From NCBI GenBank assembly GCA_038210985.1, contig JBBQWB010000001.1, forward strand, positions 41,518-105,517: DNA of 64,000 nucleotides, written 5' to 3'. The notes below the pieces were generated by a model. That model was not told where the DNA came from. It saw only the letters and a list, made by a program, of their open reading frames with translations, and did no database searches. Below, in pieces: positions 48,575-57,034 of the stretch. This DNA comes from Bacteroidales bacterium (lineage in GTDB: Bacteria; Bacteroidota; Bacteroidia; Bacteroidales; WCHB1-69). How positions within the stretch are numbered: position 1 is the first letter of the stretch; each line of letters begins with the position of its first letter. The translations under genes were made by a program, and so were the position numbers.

Positions 48575-48604
48575 CAAAAATATTAAAAACAAATAATTAT
48601 TAAA

Positions 48605-50002
48605 ATGACAGATTATAAAATTGCTGATATTAAATTAGCAGAATGGGGACGCAAAGAAATTGAAATAGCCGAAAAAGAAATGCCAGGACTAGTATCCTTA
48701 CGCGAAAAATTTGGCAAACAACAACCTCTTAAAAATACCCGTATTACAGGTTCACTTCACATGACTATTCAAACAGCGGTTTTAATTGAAACATTAGTTT
48801 CATTAGGAGCCGATGTCCGTTGGGCAAGTTGTAACATATATTCTACACAAGATCATGCTGCTGCTGCAATTGCTGCTGCTGGCGTTCCTGTTTTTGCTTG
48901 GAAAGGTGAAACTCTAGAAGAATATTGGTGGTGTACATCACAAGCATTGGCTTTCCCTGGTGGTCAAGGACCAACAACAATTGTGGACGATGGTGGCGAT
49001 GCAACTATGATGATTCACGTTGGATTTAGAGCCGAAAAAGATTCTAAAGTATTAGATGTTACTCCATCTTCTCGCGAAGAAGCTGTTGTTTTAAGCACCT
49101 TAAAACAAATTTTAGCTGCGGATCCAAAACGTTGGCATCGTACGGTTGAAAAACTCAAAGGAGTTTCGGAAGAAACTACAACCGGAGTTCACCGTTTATA
49201 TCAAATGAAACAACGTGGCGAATTATTAGTGCCAGCAATTAATGTAAATGATTCGGTTACAAAATCAAAATTTGATAATTTGTACGGATGTCGTGAGTCT
49301 TTAGCAGATGGAATTAAACGTGCTACCGATGTTATGATTGCCGGAAAAGTAGTGGTAGTTTTAGGATATGGCGACGTAGGTAAAGGTTGTGCACATTCAA
49401 TGAGATCATACGGAGCTCGTGTTATTGTTACCGAAATTGACCCAATTTGTGCTTTGCAAGCTGCTATGGAAGGTTTTGAAGTTACAACTATTGAAGATGC
49501 TTTGCCAGAAGGAAATATTTATGTAACAACAACTGGTAACCGCGATGTGATTACTGTTGATTACATGACAAAAATGAAAGATCAAGCTATTGTTTGTAAT
49601 ATTGGACATTTTGATAATGAAATTCAAGTTGATTTATTGGATAAATATTCTGGTATTGTAAAACGTAATATTAAACCTCAAGTGGATGAGTATTTCTTCC
49701 CTCAAGGTCATTCGATATTTATGTTAGCCGAAGGGAGATTGGTAAATTTAGGTTGTGCAACTGGACATCCATCGTTTGTAATGAGTAATTCGTTTACAAA
49801 CCAAACCTTAGCTCAAATTGATTTATATACTCACGATTATCCAGTGGATGTTTATCGTTTGCCAAAACAATTAGATGAAGAAGTTGCTCGTTTACATCTA
49901 GAAAAAATTGGTGTTAAACTTACCCGTTTAACGCAAGAACAAGCAGATTATATTGGAGTTCCAATGGATGGTCCATATAAACCAGATCATTACAGATACT
50001 AG
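48605..50002 (+). CDS. ahcY: Adenosylhomocysteinase (S-adenosyl-L-homocysteine hydrolase)
   Basis: 465 aa. N-terminus [29 protein letters not shown]-binding [10 protein letters not shown], and C-terminal ...[10 protein letters not shown]. Confidence 0.97.
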   Translation: MTDYKIADIKLAEWGRKEIEIAEKEMPGLVSLREKFGKQQPLKNTRITGSLHMTIQTAVLIETLVSLGADVRWASCNIYSTQDHAAAAIAAAGVPVFAWKGETLEEYWWCTSQALAFPGGQGPTTIVDDGGDATMMIHVGFRAEKDSKVLDVTPSSREEAVVLSTLKQILAADPKRWHRTVEKLKGVSEETTTGVHRLYQMKQRGELLVPAINVNDSVTKSKFDNLYGCRESLADGIKRATDVMIAGKVVVVLGYGDVGKGCAHSMRSYGARVIVTEIDPICALQAAMEGFEVTTIEDALPEGNIYVTTTGNRDVITVDYMTKMKDQAIVCNIGHFDNEIQVDLLDKYSGIVKRNIKPQVDEYFFPQGHSIFMLAEGRLVNLGCATGHPSFVMSNSFTNQTLAQIDLYTHDYPVDVYRLPKQLDEEVARLHLEKIGVKLTRLTQEQADYIGVPMDGPYKPDHYRY

Positions 50003-50022
50003 AACTTGAATATCCAATAAAT

Positions 50023-50055
50023 AAAAAGAGACTTTTAATTTAAAAGTCTCTTTTT
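50023..50055 (+). terminator. Rho-independent terminator
   Basis: AAAAAGAGACTTTTA / ATT / TAAAAGTCTCTTTTT, a 15-bp perfect stem ending in a T-run. Confidence 0.8.
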
Positions 50056-50088
50056 ATTTATAATCTTTTTGTAATTTTGTTTTAAATT

Positions 50089-50160
50089 GCCTCTTTAGCT
50101 CAGCGGTATAGCAACTCCCTCGTAATGAGCAGGTCGTGGGTTCAATTCCCATGAGAGGCT
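50089..50160 (+). tRNA. tRNA-Thr (anticodon CGT)
   Basis: Hand-folded cloverleaf. Acceptor GCCTCTT/GAGAGGC, D-arm GCTC..TAGC, anticodon loop CTCGTAA, T-arm GTGGG-TTCAATT-CCCAT. No encoded CCA. The anticodon stem has only 3 Watson-Crick pairs. Confidence 0.8.
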
Positions 50161-50346
50161 CTAAAAATTAGTCCGTCTATAATTTTCGATAACAGCGTTA
50201 TTTTGTTAGGATTTCCAGTTATCCACTAGCTGGTGGACTCTTATAAATCTAATCCAAAATGCCTCGTCTTGGAACATTCTAGCTAGCCACTATTATTTAT
50301 TTTGAATTCTGCAAATAAAAAATAGTCTCTAGGGGTAGATACTAAA

Positions 50347-50377
50347 TAAAAAAGCCATTCATTGAATGGTTTTTTTA
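50347..50377 (-). terminator. Rho-independent terminator downstream of glnA (A/T-flanked, potentially bidirectional)
   Basis: CCATTC / ATT / GAATGG flanked by an A-run and a T-run, 18 nt after the glnA stop. Confidence 0.6.
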
Positions 50378-50394
50378 TTTTCTAAAATATATTT

Positions 50395-51897
50395 TTAGCC
50401 ACAATGGAAATGATCATTTACTAATTCCATCATTTTAGTAGGATTTTTTGCAATTTCATTTCTAAGATTTTTATCATTAAATGATTTTAAATCTTTGATA
50501 ATTCCATCAATCATACCTGGGCTAAAAACACCATGTTGTTCATAAATGTGTCGATGTTTATCTAGAACATCTGCCGATTCGCAGCATGAAGTTGGCAATT
50601 GAGCGAGGCTGTTCATTTTGTCTTTATGCTCATCTTTAAAAATATTTACGTTTACGTAAGTTTTTTCTGCAAAATCAAGGGCTCCTTCCATTTCAAAACC
50701 ATGACGACAAGCAACAGCTAAACCTGCAATAAGAAGATAAACATTAGCTGAACCATCTGGACAACGGAATTCTACAGTTTGTTTTAAAGAAGCGTCGGTT
50801 ATGGTTTGTTTTTCCAAAGGATTAACCAATGAGCACATGTCTGTTTTTGCAGTCCAACCTAGAGGAACGCGAACTAAAACAGAACGATTTCTGTCGCCCC
50901 AGCAAATATTAGTAGGAGCTTCTTGGTGTGGCACTAATCTAAAATAGGAGGTAGGGTTTGTGTTTCCAAAAGAAGTTAAGGAGCTAGCACATTCCATCAG
51001 TCCAGCAATTGCTGTTTTTGCGATGGAAGAAAGTTTTCCAGCTTTTAGCATTTGATTTTTTCCAGCTTTCATCATACGCATGTGCACATGAAGCCCTGAA
51101 CCAGCTTTGCCAATTGTAATTTTTGGAGCAAAAGTTACATTTAAACCATATTGATTAGCCAAGTTGCGAATAATCCATTTTGCAATTACTAATTGGTCGG
51201 CTGCTTTTACAGCAGGTGTTGGTAAAAATTCAATTTCATTTTGTTCGTATATTTTTCCATCTAATCTAAAATTTCCTACTTCGGAATGCCCGTATTTAAT
51301 AATTCCACCTGTTTGAGCAATTAACTGCATACATTTGGTTCTAAAATCTTCAAATTTTGTGTAAGGACCAGATTCGTGATATCCTTTTTGATCCTTCGCA
51401 ACAAATGTTTCATCATCGTCGGCAATAACGTAATATTCCAATTCGCCCATCGCTTCATATTCCATTCCAGTAACTTGTTTAAAAGCATTGGCTGCTTTAG
51501 ATAATACGTATTCTGGCGAACTATCAAGCGGTGCTCCGTCTTTATTGAAAAAAGAACAAAGAATGCACAAGGTTGGAATTTCACTAAAAGGATCGATAAA
51601 TGCGGTTGAATATCTTGGAACAACATATAAATCGCTTGAACTAGCCTCGATAAACGAAAATAAACTTGAACCATCAACGCGTTCGCCAAAAGTCAAAATA
51701 GAATCTAGGTGTTCGCGACTAGTAATTACAAAATTTAATGTCTTTAATCGTCCATCTCCACCTACATATCTGAAGTTTAGCATTTCAATTTCTAATTCCT
51801 CTATAACCTTAATTATATCGGCTTTTGTAAATTCATCGCTTTGTTTTTTTAAAACTCGAACTAATGTGTTCGCATTCATTGAGATTTTTTCTTTCAT
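50395..51897 (-). CDS. glnA: Glutamine synthetase family protein (about 500 aa form)
   Basis: GS catalytic-domain motifs (KAGSGLHVHM, NPTSYFRLVPHQEAP, GDRNRSVLVRVP). Confidence 0.85.
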   Translation of the reverse strand: MKEKISMNANTLVRVLKKQSDEFTKADIIKVIEELEIEMLNFRYVGGDGRLKTLNFVITSREHLDSILTFGERVDGSSLFSFIEASSSDLYVVPRYSTAFIDPFSEIPTLCILCSFFNKDGAPLDSSPEYVLSKAANAFKQVTGMEYEAMGELEYYVIADDDETFVAKDQKGYHESGPYTKFEDFRTKCMQLIAQTGGIIKYGHSEVGNFRLDGKIYEQNEIEFLPTPAVKAADQLVIAKWIIRNLANQYGLNVTFAPKITIGKAGSGLHVHMRMMKAGKNQMLKAGKLSSIAKTAIAGLMECASSLTSFGNTNPTSYFRLVPHQEAPTNICWGDRNRSVLVRVPLGWTAKTDMCSLVNPLEKQTITDASLKQTVEFRCPDGSANVYLLIAGLAVACRHGFEMEGALDFAEKTYVNVNIFKDEHKDKMNSLAQLPTSCCESADVLDKHRHIYEQHGVFSPGMIDGIIKDLKSFNDKNLRNEIAKNPTKMMELVNDHFHCG

Positions 51898-52047
51898 ATT
51901 ATATTTTTTTTATTTGTTTCTTATGCCAAAACCCCCAATCGTTTATGGAGTATGATTATGTTTTATAGTGATTTTGAGAGTAAATTAGTTTTTAGCAAAA
52001 ATAACCTAAAAACAAATCCATGATTGGGTTTGAGCGAATATTGGAAA

Positions 52048-55000
52048 TTATAGTTTTTTAATTATTAGCTTTTCTCGGTGCTCTGTAGTTGGAGTTTTTA
52101 AGGACACAAAATAAATACCATCTGAGATGTTATTTAGATTTAATGAAATAACATTTTGCCCACTAATAATTGGCGTAAATTGAGAATAAATTATTCTGCC
52201 AGCAATATCATATACTTCAATGGTTGAAGATTCATTTACATTGTTTGAATAAACCATTGTTACTAAGCCAGTTGATGGATTTGGAAAAAGTGAAATAGCG
52301 GAATTATTATTATTTTCGGTAATTTTATCACCCGAGTTGATGATGAAATGTAAATTGTCGAGATAGGCATTATCCAATGTAAATCCCAAAGTGTCGGCTG
52401 CAATATTTCGGGTTTCAAAAGTAACTTCTAATATATGTCCAAGATGTTGAGAAAGATTAATAATTCGATTTGAAAAAGGATCAGCCGAAGGAGTAGTTGG
52501 CTTAAATGTTTCGTTATTATATTGTTGTCCATTAATTAAAATACGCATTACACTTGTCATCGAATAGTCGCCAGGTCCTAAAAACTGGGAGTAAAGTGGT
52601 CCGCCATTAGTTTGTTTTAAATCGAAACTTAAATGTAAACTTTCAACGGTTGAAGCATCCACACAAAAAATTGCTTTTGCCGATAGCATTTCATTTACAT
52701 CCCATTGGTTTCCGCCAGCTGGCATTTCGAGTTGGTCGTAATAGTTAAATACATTTCCACTAGTAAAACTTAGTATTTTCCCATTGGGATATCCAGTTAA
52801 AGGTTTTACTTTAACTTTTCCATATAAACCAGTTTTTTTATAATAATAATTTTCGATATCTGTTTCGTTGAATGTAAATGGAGCGTGTCCATTAACATAA
52901 GCAGGTCGTTTAATAACTGCAGCGGAAGTGTTATTAGTAATAAAAGTATCGGTAATATTTGCTGTAAATATCTTTAAGTTATTTAACGAAGTTAAAGTAA
53001 AGTTACATGGGGTTGTAAAAGTATGAATAATTTCGTCTCCTGGGAAAATTGTATTCACTAGAGTATGGTTTTCAAATACTGTATCTGATTGATTGTTAAT
53101 ATATCCAACTCTAACAATTTGACCTGCTTCAAGAGAATCACATCCAAAGAAACTAAAGCTCATGGTTATCAATTCTTCGGTTCCCAAATTACAAGAGGAC
53201 GTAGGGCTTAAAACTCCAGTTGCTCCTAAATCGAAATTTTGTTGTAATTTGTTCATTATCACATACCCCATTAAACTATCCGAATAATTTGATTGAATCG
53301 ATGGCTTTATCCATACATCAATTCGGTGATTGCCCAAAGTTGCTAAATTTATATATTTATTTAAAGTAAGATCTAATGTTTGTCCTCCCTCAAAATCACT
53401 GCTTAAGTTTAGTGTGTCGTAGTAAAATGTATTCATGTCAACCCTGACTTTAAAATTAATTTCTGAACCAGATGCTAAACTTCGGTTACAACCATTATAT
53501 AACAATTTAAGTTTTACTGGTTCATTGGTCATACCACAAGCAGAAAGAGGTCCTAAAATATTTTGAACATACACAGCGGCTGTATCAAAAGGATGACCAA
53601 CTCCAACTGCAGCCCATGCGGCAGCAATTACATGAGATTCTTCAGAACAATCCCCATAAAGATCGTTGGTAGCTTGTATCATTGCGGCATATGTATCGAT
53701 GTATTGTGAGCTTGGAGTTAAATAATTTGTTAATCCACGATAAGCTATTTTTTCAGTTTTTTCAGGTCCTATGCCAGTAATATTATATAAGTAATTTTTG
53801 TCATTTCTGCCAGTATCACCTTGAGTAATTAGGTAGAACCAATAATTTCCTACTCCGTTATTTGAGTGAACACCACCGTTATCAGCAGTTCCGCCATACC
53901 AATATTGTCCTTTATACGTGTCGGGATTTTGATTGGATTTTGGATTGGACATATTGCGAAAAGCAGTGCCAGTGTTTGCACCAATTAACCAATTTAAAGA
54001 ATCGGTAGCGTAGTAGTTTACCATTGAACCGAAAATATCGCTAAATGATTCATTTAAAGAACCAGATTCGTTTTCATAAATTAAATTAGCAGTATATTGA
54101 GTTACGGCATGCGTGATTTCGTGTCCGCAAATTTCGGTAGTTGTAAATGGCGAAGAAGTAGCATCACCATCTCCATAAACCATAGCAGAGCCTGTCCACA
54201 TGGCATTTGCAATGTTATGACCCCAGTGAACATAACTCATCATTCCTGCTCCATTGTTATTGTAACTATTTCGACCGTGCACATTAAAATAATAATCATA
54301 CGTCATTTCCGATGCCCAATGAGCACTTGCAGCTGTTGAATCGGTTGAAAAAAAATTGGTACTGTTACTAATATTGACAGCAGTGCTAATTTGTGGATCG
54401 TTCATGTTGCCGTTGTTTTGAAGGCTTTTTGTGGTAATTCCTCCGCCACGACCAACTTCTCTTAATACGTATTGTGTTGCATTAACCGAATCCATTGTTA
54501 TTTGACGAATCCCATTATAACGTGTTACGGCATTTACTTTTTTATCCACTTGCATTAGCATGTTTGTTCGGTGATAAATGCCTCCATTTTGTGCATTTAC
54601 ATAGATAAAATATCTGCTAAAAGGCTTAAGGGCAAGTATTTCCAATTTATACACTAAATGATATTCGCTGCCAATTTTGTTTGCATTTTTATTAAAATAC
54701 ATTAATTCGGCTTGAGGATAATAAGTAGCTTTTTTGTCGTTTTTTAAAAGTTTTAAATCGTTTTCCATTTCTTTGTTTTCCCAAGCGTATTCGCTTGCTC
54801 CAAATGAAGATAATGCCGTTTGAACTGCTTCGCTTTTTGTAAGTTGGGTATTGGAACTTAGAGTAATTCCAGTAACAATTTTGCCACTCCCACTTATTAA
54901 TTTACCAGCTTTGCTATGAAGAATATATACCCCATCCATTACTATTACATTATTATGGTATTGTTGAAATCGATAATGTTGAAAACCAATTTGATCGGTT

Positions 55001-55239
55001 TCGGTAGTAATTAATTTCATCTCATCGCTAGAAGTTAAACCAAAATACTCTTTATATCGAGTAAAAACGTCTGTAACTCCAATGTTAAGTTCGGGTTTAA
55101 AAATCAATAAACTTTCACCATATCTATGGCTGGCAATTTCTGATAATTTTTTTGTTGGCTTTTCATTAACAGTAGTTTGCGACAAGCAAACACTTCCTAA
55201 AAACGTACTTATTAAAATCAACAATAATAATTTTTTCAT
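52048..55239 (-). CDS. M4 (thermolysin-like) zinc metallopeptidase with long C-terminal extension and T9SS sorting domain
   Basis: HEITHAV plus NESGSLNESFSDIFG thermolysin motifs. Signal peptide and propeptide-like N-terminus. C-terminal Por tail (LFPNPSTGLVTM...DGIYFVSLKT). Confidence 0.88.
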   Translation of the reverse strand: MKKLLLLILISTFLGSVCLSQTTVNEKPTKKLSEIASHRYGESLLIFKPELNIGVTDVFTRYKEYFGLTSSDEMKLITTETDQIGFQHYRFQQYHNNVIVMDGVYILHSKAGKLISGSGKIVTGITLSSNTQLTKSEAVQTALSSFGASEYAWENKEMENDLKLLKNDKKATYYPQAELMYFNKNANKIGSEYHLVYKLEILALKPFSRYFIYVNAQNGGIYHRTNMLMQVDKKVNAVTRYNGIRQITMDSVNATQYVLREVGRGGGITTKSLQNNGNMNDPQISTAVNISNSTNFFSTDSTAASAHWASEMTYDYYFNVHGRNSYNNNGAGMMSYVHWGHNIANAMWTGSAMVYGDGDATSSPFTTTEICGHEITHAVTQYTANLIYENESGSLNESFSDIFGSMVNYYATDSLNWLIGANTGTAFRNMSNPKSNQNPDTYKGQYWYGGTADNGGVHSNNGVGNYWFYLITQGDTGRNDKNYLYNITGIGPEKTEKIAYRGLTNYLTPSSQYIDTYAAMIQATNDLYGDCSEESHVIAAAWAAVGVGHPFDTAAVYVQNILGPLSACGMTNEPVKLKLLYNGCNRSLASGSEINFKVRVDMNTFYYDTLNLSSDFEGGQTLDLTLNKYINLATLGNHRIDVWIKPSIQSNYSDSLMGYVIMNKLQQNFDLGATGVLSPTSSCNLGTEELITMSFSFFGCDSLEAGQIVRVGYINNQSDTVFENHTLVNTIFPGDEIIHTFTTPCNFTLTSLNNLKIFTANITDTFITNNTSAAVIKRPAYVNGHAPFTFNETDIENYYYKKTGLYGKVKVKPLTGYPNGKILSFTSGNVFNYYDQLEMPAGGNQWDVNEMLSAKAIFCVDASTVESLHLSFDLKQTNGGPLYSQFLGPGDYSMTSVMRILINGQQYNNETFKPTTPSADPFSNRIINLSQHLGHILEVTFETRNIAADTLGFTLDNAYLDNLHFIINSGDKITENNNNSAISLFPNPSTGLVTMVYSNNVNESSTIEVYDIAGRIIYSQFTPIISGQNVISLNLNNISDGIYFVSLKTPTTEHREKLIIKKL

Positions 55240-55410
55240 TTGATTAGTTTTTAATTTTGCTGTAAATATAAATATTATTTCGATTCAGTTTTCGATGTTG
55301 TAAATTTTAAACATAAATTCAATTGAATTTACATGTAAATTATTGCGGTAAGACTAGATTTATACTACTATTGCATCTTTTTAAGGGTTCAGATTTATTT
55401 AGTTTTTGCA

Positions 55411-55673
55411 ATACTATTTCACTGTTGTCCGATATAAATTTTGACATCTGTTGTATGATGTTGTATAACAAGCTAATAGGTAAAATGAAGGAAGGTAGGG
55501 TTTGTTTTTGTGTATTTTAAAAATATGGATTTTCCGCAATTTATTGCCCCTGCCCTCAAGGGTGTAAATTGCTGAAAATCAATTCATGCTTTAGGATTGA
55601 GGCAAAAATTGATTGAAGTAATTTACACCTAAAGCAAAATTTATTTATTTTATCGGACAATAGTGATACTATT
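55411..55673. repeat. Inverted-repeat-bounded ~260-bp element (MITE-like, or a long-range RNA stem) with an internal nested hairpin
   Basis: ATACTATTTCACTGTTGTCCGATA (55411-55434) matches the reverse complement of TATCGGACAATAGTGATACTAT (55651-55672) with one mismatch in the core and a 2-nt bulge. The internal hairpin is GGTGTAAATT(55561)...AATTTACACC(55629), enclosing AATCAATT/AATTGATT. Confidence 0.55.
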
Positions 55674-55684
55674 TATAAATATAA

Positions 55685-55733
55685 TAAAAAAAAACACTCT
55701 TCAAAATTAATTTTAAATTTTGAAGAGTGTTTG
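55685..55733 (-). terminator. Rho-independent terminator downstream of the peroxidase gene
   Basis: On the minus strand: AAACACTCTTCAAAATT ... AATTTTGAAGAGTGTTT followed by T9. Confidence 0.8.
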
Positions 55734-55751
55734 CTCACTAATAATGATTTT

Positions 55752-56576
55752 CTATTTTACAAATAGCTTTTCTGTTTGTGAAATATTTTTGTTCGTAATA
55801 TGGATAAGATAAATTCCTTTTGGTAATTTGTTTAAACTTATTTCGTGGGTTGAATTTTTAGTTGAATTATCTAAATTAAATTTTACCAATTTCTGACCAG
55901 CCATATTAATAATTTTAACTGTTAATTTTTCAGTATTATTATTTTTGTTGGTAATGAGCAAGGTGTTTTCTTCATTTAGATAAACGCTGAAATTATTTGT
56001 TTCGTTCGTTTGTAAGGATGTGTTGCCAGTAATCCAATTTACAATTGTAGGAGTTGTAGGACTAGTTGCAGGTGCTACAGTTCCATGCCATGAGCCGTCG
56101 GGGTTAATCATAAATTTTTGAAAATTCCAAGTAACAGTAGCATTTTGAACGCAATTTTGAGAGGACAATGTTAGCCATTTGTAAATTTCATGTTGGTCGG
56201 TTCCCTTAACCGAAATTTTTGACATCATGGTAAATGTAATACCATATGAATTACATACGTTTTGGATAGAATCTTCATTATATGGTTCTTGGTTTTGAAA
56301 ATTATTAGCTGGAAATCCAATGATTTCAAAATTGTATGAATTGCTAGTTCCACCATAGGTGTCGTAAAGATATTGCAGTTGGGAATACTGTCCAGTATAT
56401 CCGCAATACGAAGCGGTATTAACAACCAATACTTTTTTGCCAGCAAAGGTCGACATGTCAAGGTTATTTCCGTGTATGTCAACCGCAGAAAAATTGTGAA
56501 AATTTTCAGGACATTGTGCTATAATTGATGCTAAACTGATAAACATCAGGAAAATGGAGGTAAAGATTTTTTTCAT
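55752..56576 (-). CDS. Glutathione peroxidase-family (Cys-type) domain fused to a T9SS C-terminal sorting domain
   Basis: Signal peptide. GPx motifs VLVVNTASYCGYT, GFPANNFQNQEP and WNFQKF. C-terminal ~80 aa show a Por-tail pattern (LTVKIINMAGQKL...KGIYLIHITN). Confidence 0.8.
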   Translation of the reverse strand: MKKIFTSIFLMFISLASIIAQCPENFHNFSAVDIHGNNLDMSTFAGKKVLVVNTASYCGYTGQYSQLQYLYDTYGGTSNSYNFEIIGFPANNFQNQEPYNEDSIQNVCNSYGITFTMMSKISVKGTDQHEIYKWLTLSSQNCVQNATVTWNFQKFMINPDGSWHGTVAPATSPTTPTIVNWITGNTSLQTNETNNFSVYLNEENTLLITNKNNNTEKLTVKIINMAGQKLVKFNLDNSTKNSTHEISLNKLPKGIYLIHITNKNISQTEKLFVK

Positions 56577-56733
56577 ATTGTGAGCTTATTTTGTTTGATT
56601 AATTATGCAAATATAAAACATAAAAATTAAATATAAGAAGATGATTTTTAAATATGTGCTAAAAATAATCCAGCTTTTTGTTTTTTCAAAACAAATTCGG
56701 CAATAAAATAAACGACCAATAAAATTTTAGTTA

Positions 56734-56741
56734 TATCTTTG
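56734..56741 (+). promoter_or_regulatory. Candidate -7 promoter box (TATCTTTG) for the riboswitch leader
   Basis: TAnnTTTG match 10 nt upstream of the P1 stem start. Confidence 0.4.
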
Positions 56742-56750
56742 TTCCAAGTT

Positions 56751-56925
56751 TACAGGTTTTCAATGATCGTTGAAAATCAAAGAATTTAAGGGAATCCTGT
56801 TTAAAGCAGGAGCTATACCCGTAGCTGTAAGTCCAAAAAAAGGACTTCGGATTTTTGCCACTGTTCCAGAAAATTGGAATGGGAAGGTTTTCGAAGTTTA
56901 GGACAAGCCAGAAGACCTGCCTGTA
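56751..56925 (+). promoter_or_regulatory. Cobalamin (B12) riboswitch aptamer
   Basis: Conserved core AAGGGAATCCTG..CAGGAGC...GTAGCTGTAAG, GCCACTG, GGGAAGG, and B12 box AGCCAGAAGACCTGCC. P1 is TACAGG/CCTGTA. A possible terminator-like hairpin GAAATGC..GCATTTT lies at 56964-56984. Confidence 0.9.
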
Positions 56926-57034
56926 AAACGAGTTCGTAGCTTTCGGGTGAAAAGCAAAGAATAGAAATGCAAATTCCGCATTTTATTCCCTTTTTTCATT
57001 TAAGTTGACGAATTAAACGTATTAAAATATTGGT

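Noticed and set aside
48400-48604. Possible SAH riboswitch upstream of ahcY (GCGACC followed by a GC-rich hairpin)
   Set aside because: I could not find the conserved AGGAGCG / CAGGCTC / AACGGCGCTCAC-type pseudoknot elements. The GC-rich hairpins belong to a repeat family also present at unrelated loci (61.2 kb).
55323-55520. 65-aa ORF between the M4 peptidase and peroxidase genes
   Set aside because: It spans the left inverted repeat of the IR-bounded element. Its composition is low-complexity, and it has no upstream -7 box and no motif.
56964-56996. Intrinsic terminator as the riboswitch expression platform
   Set aside because: The hairpin GAAATGC/GCATTTT is short, and the T-run begins 6 nt after the stem. 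It is plausible but too weak to call as a separate feature. Regulation could equally be translational.
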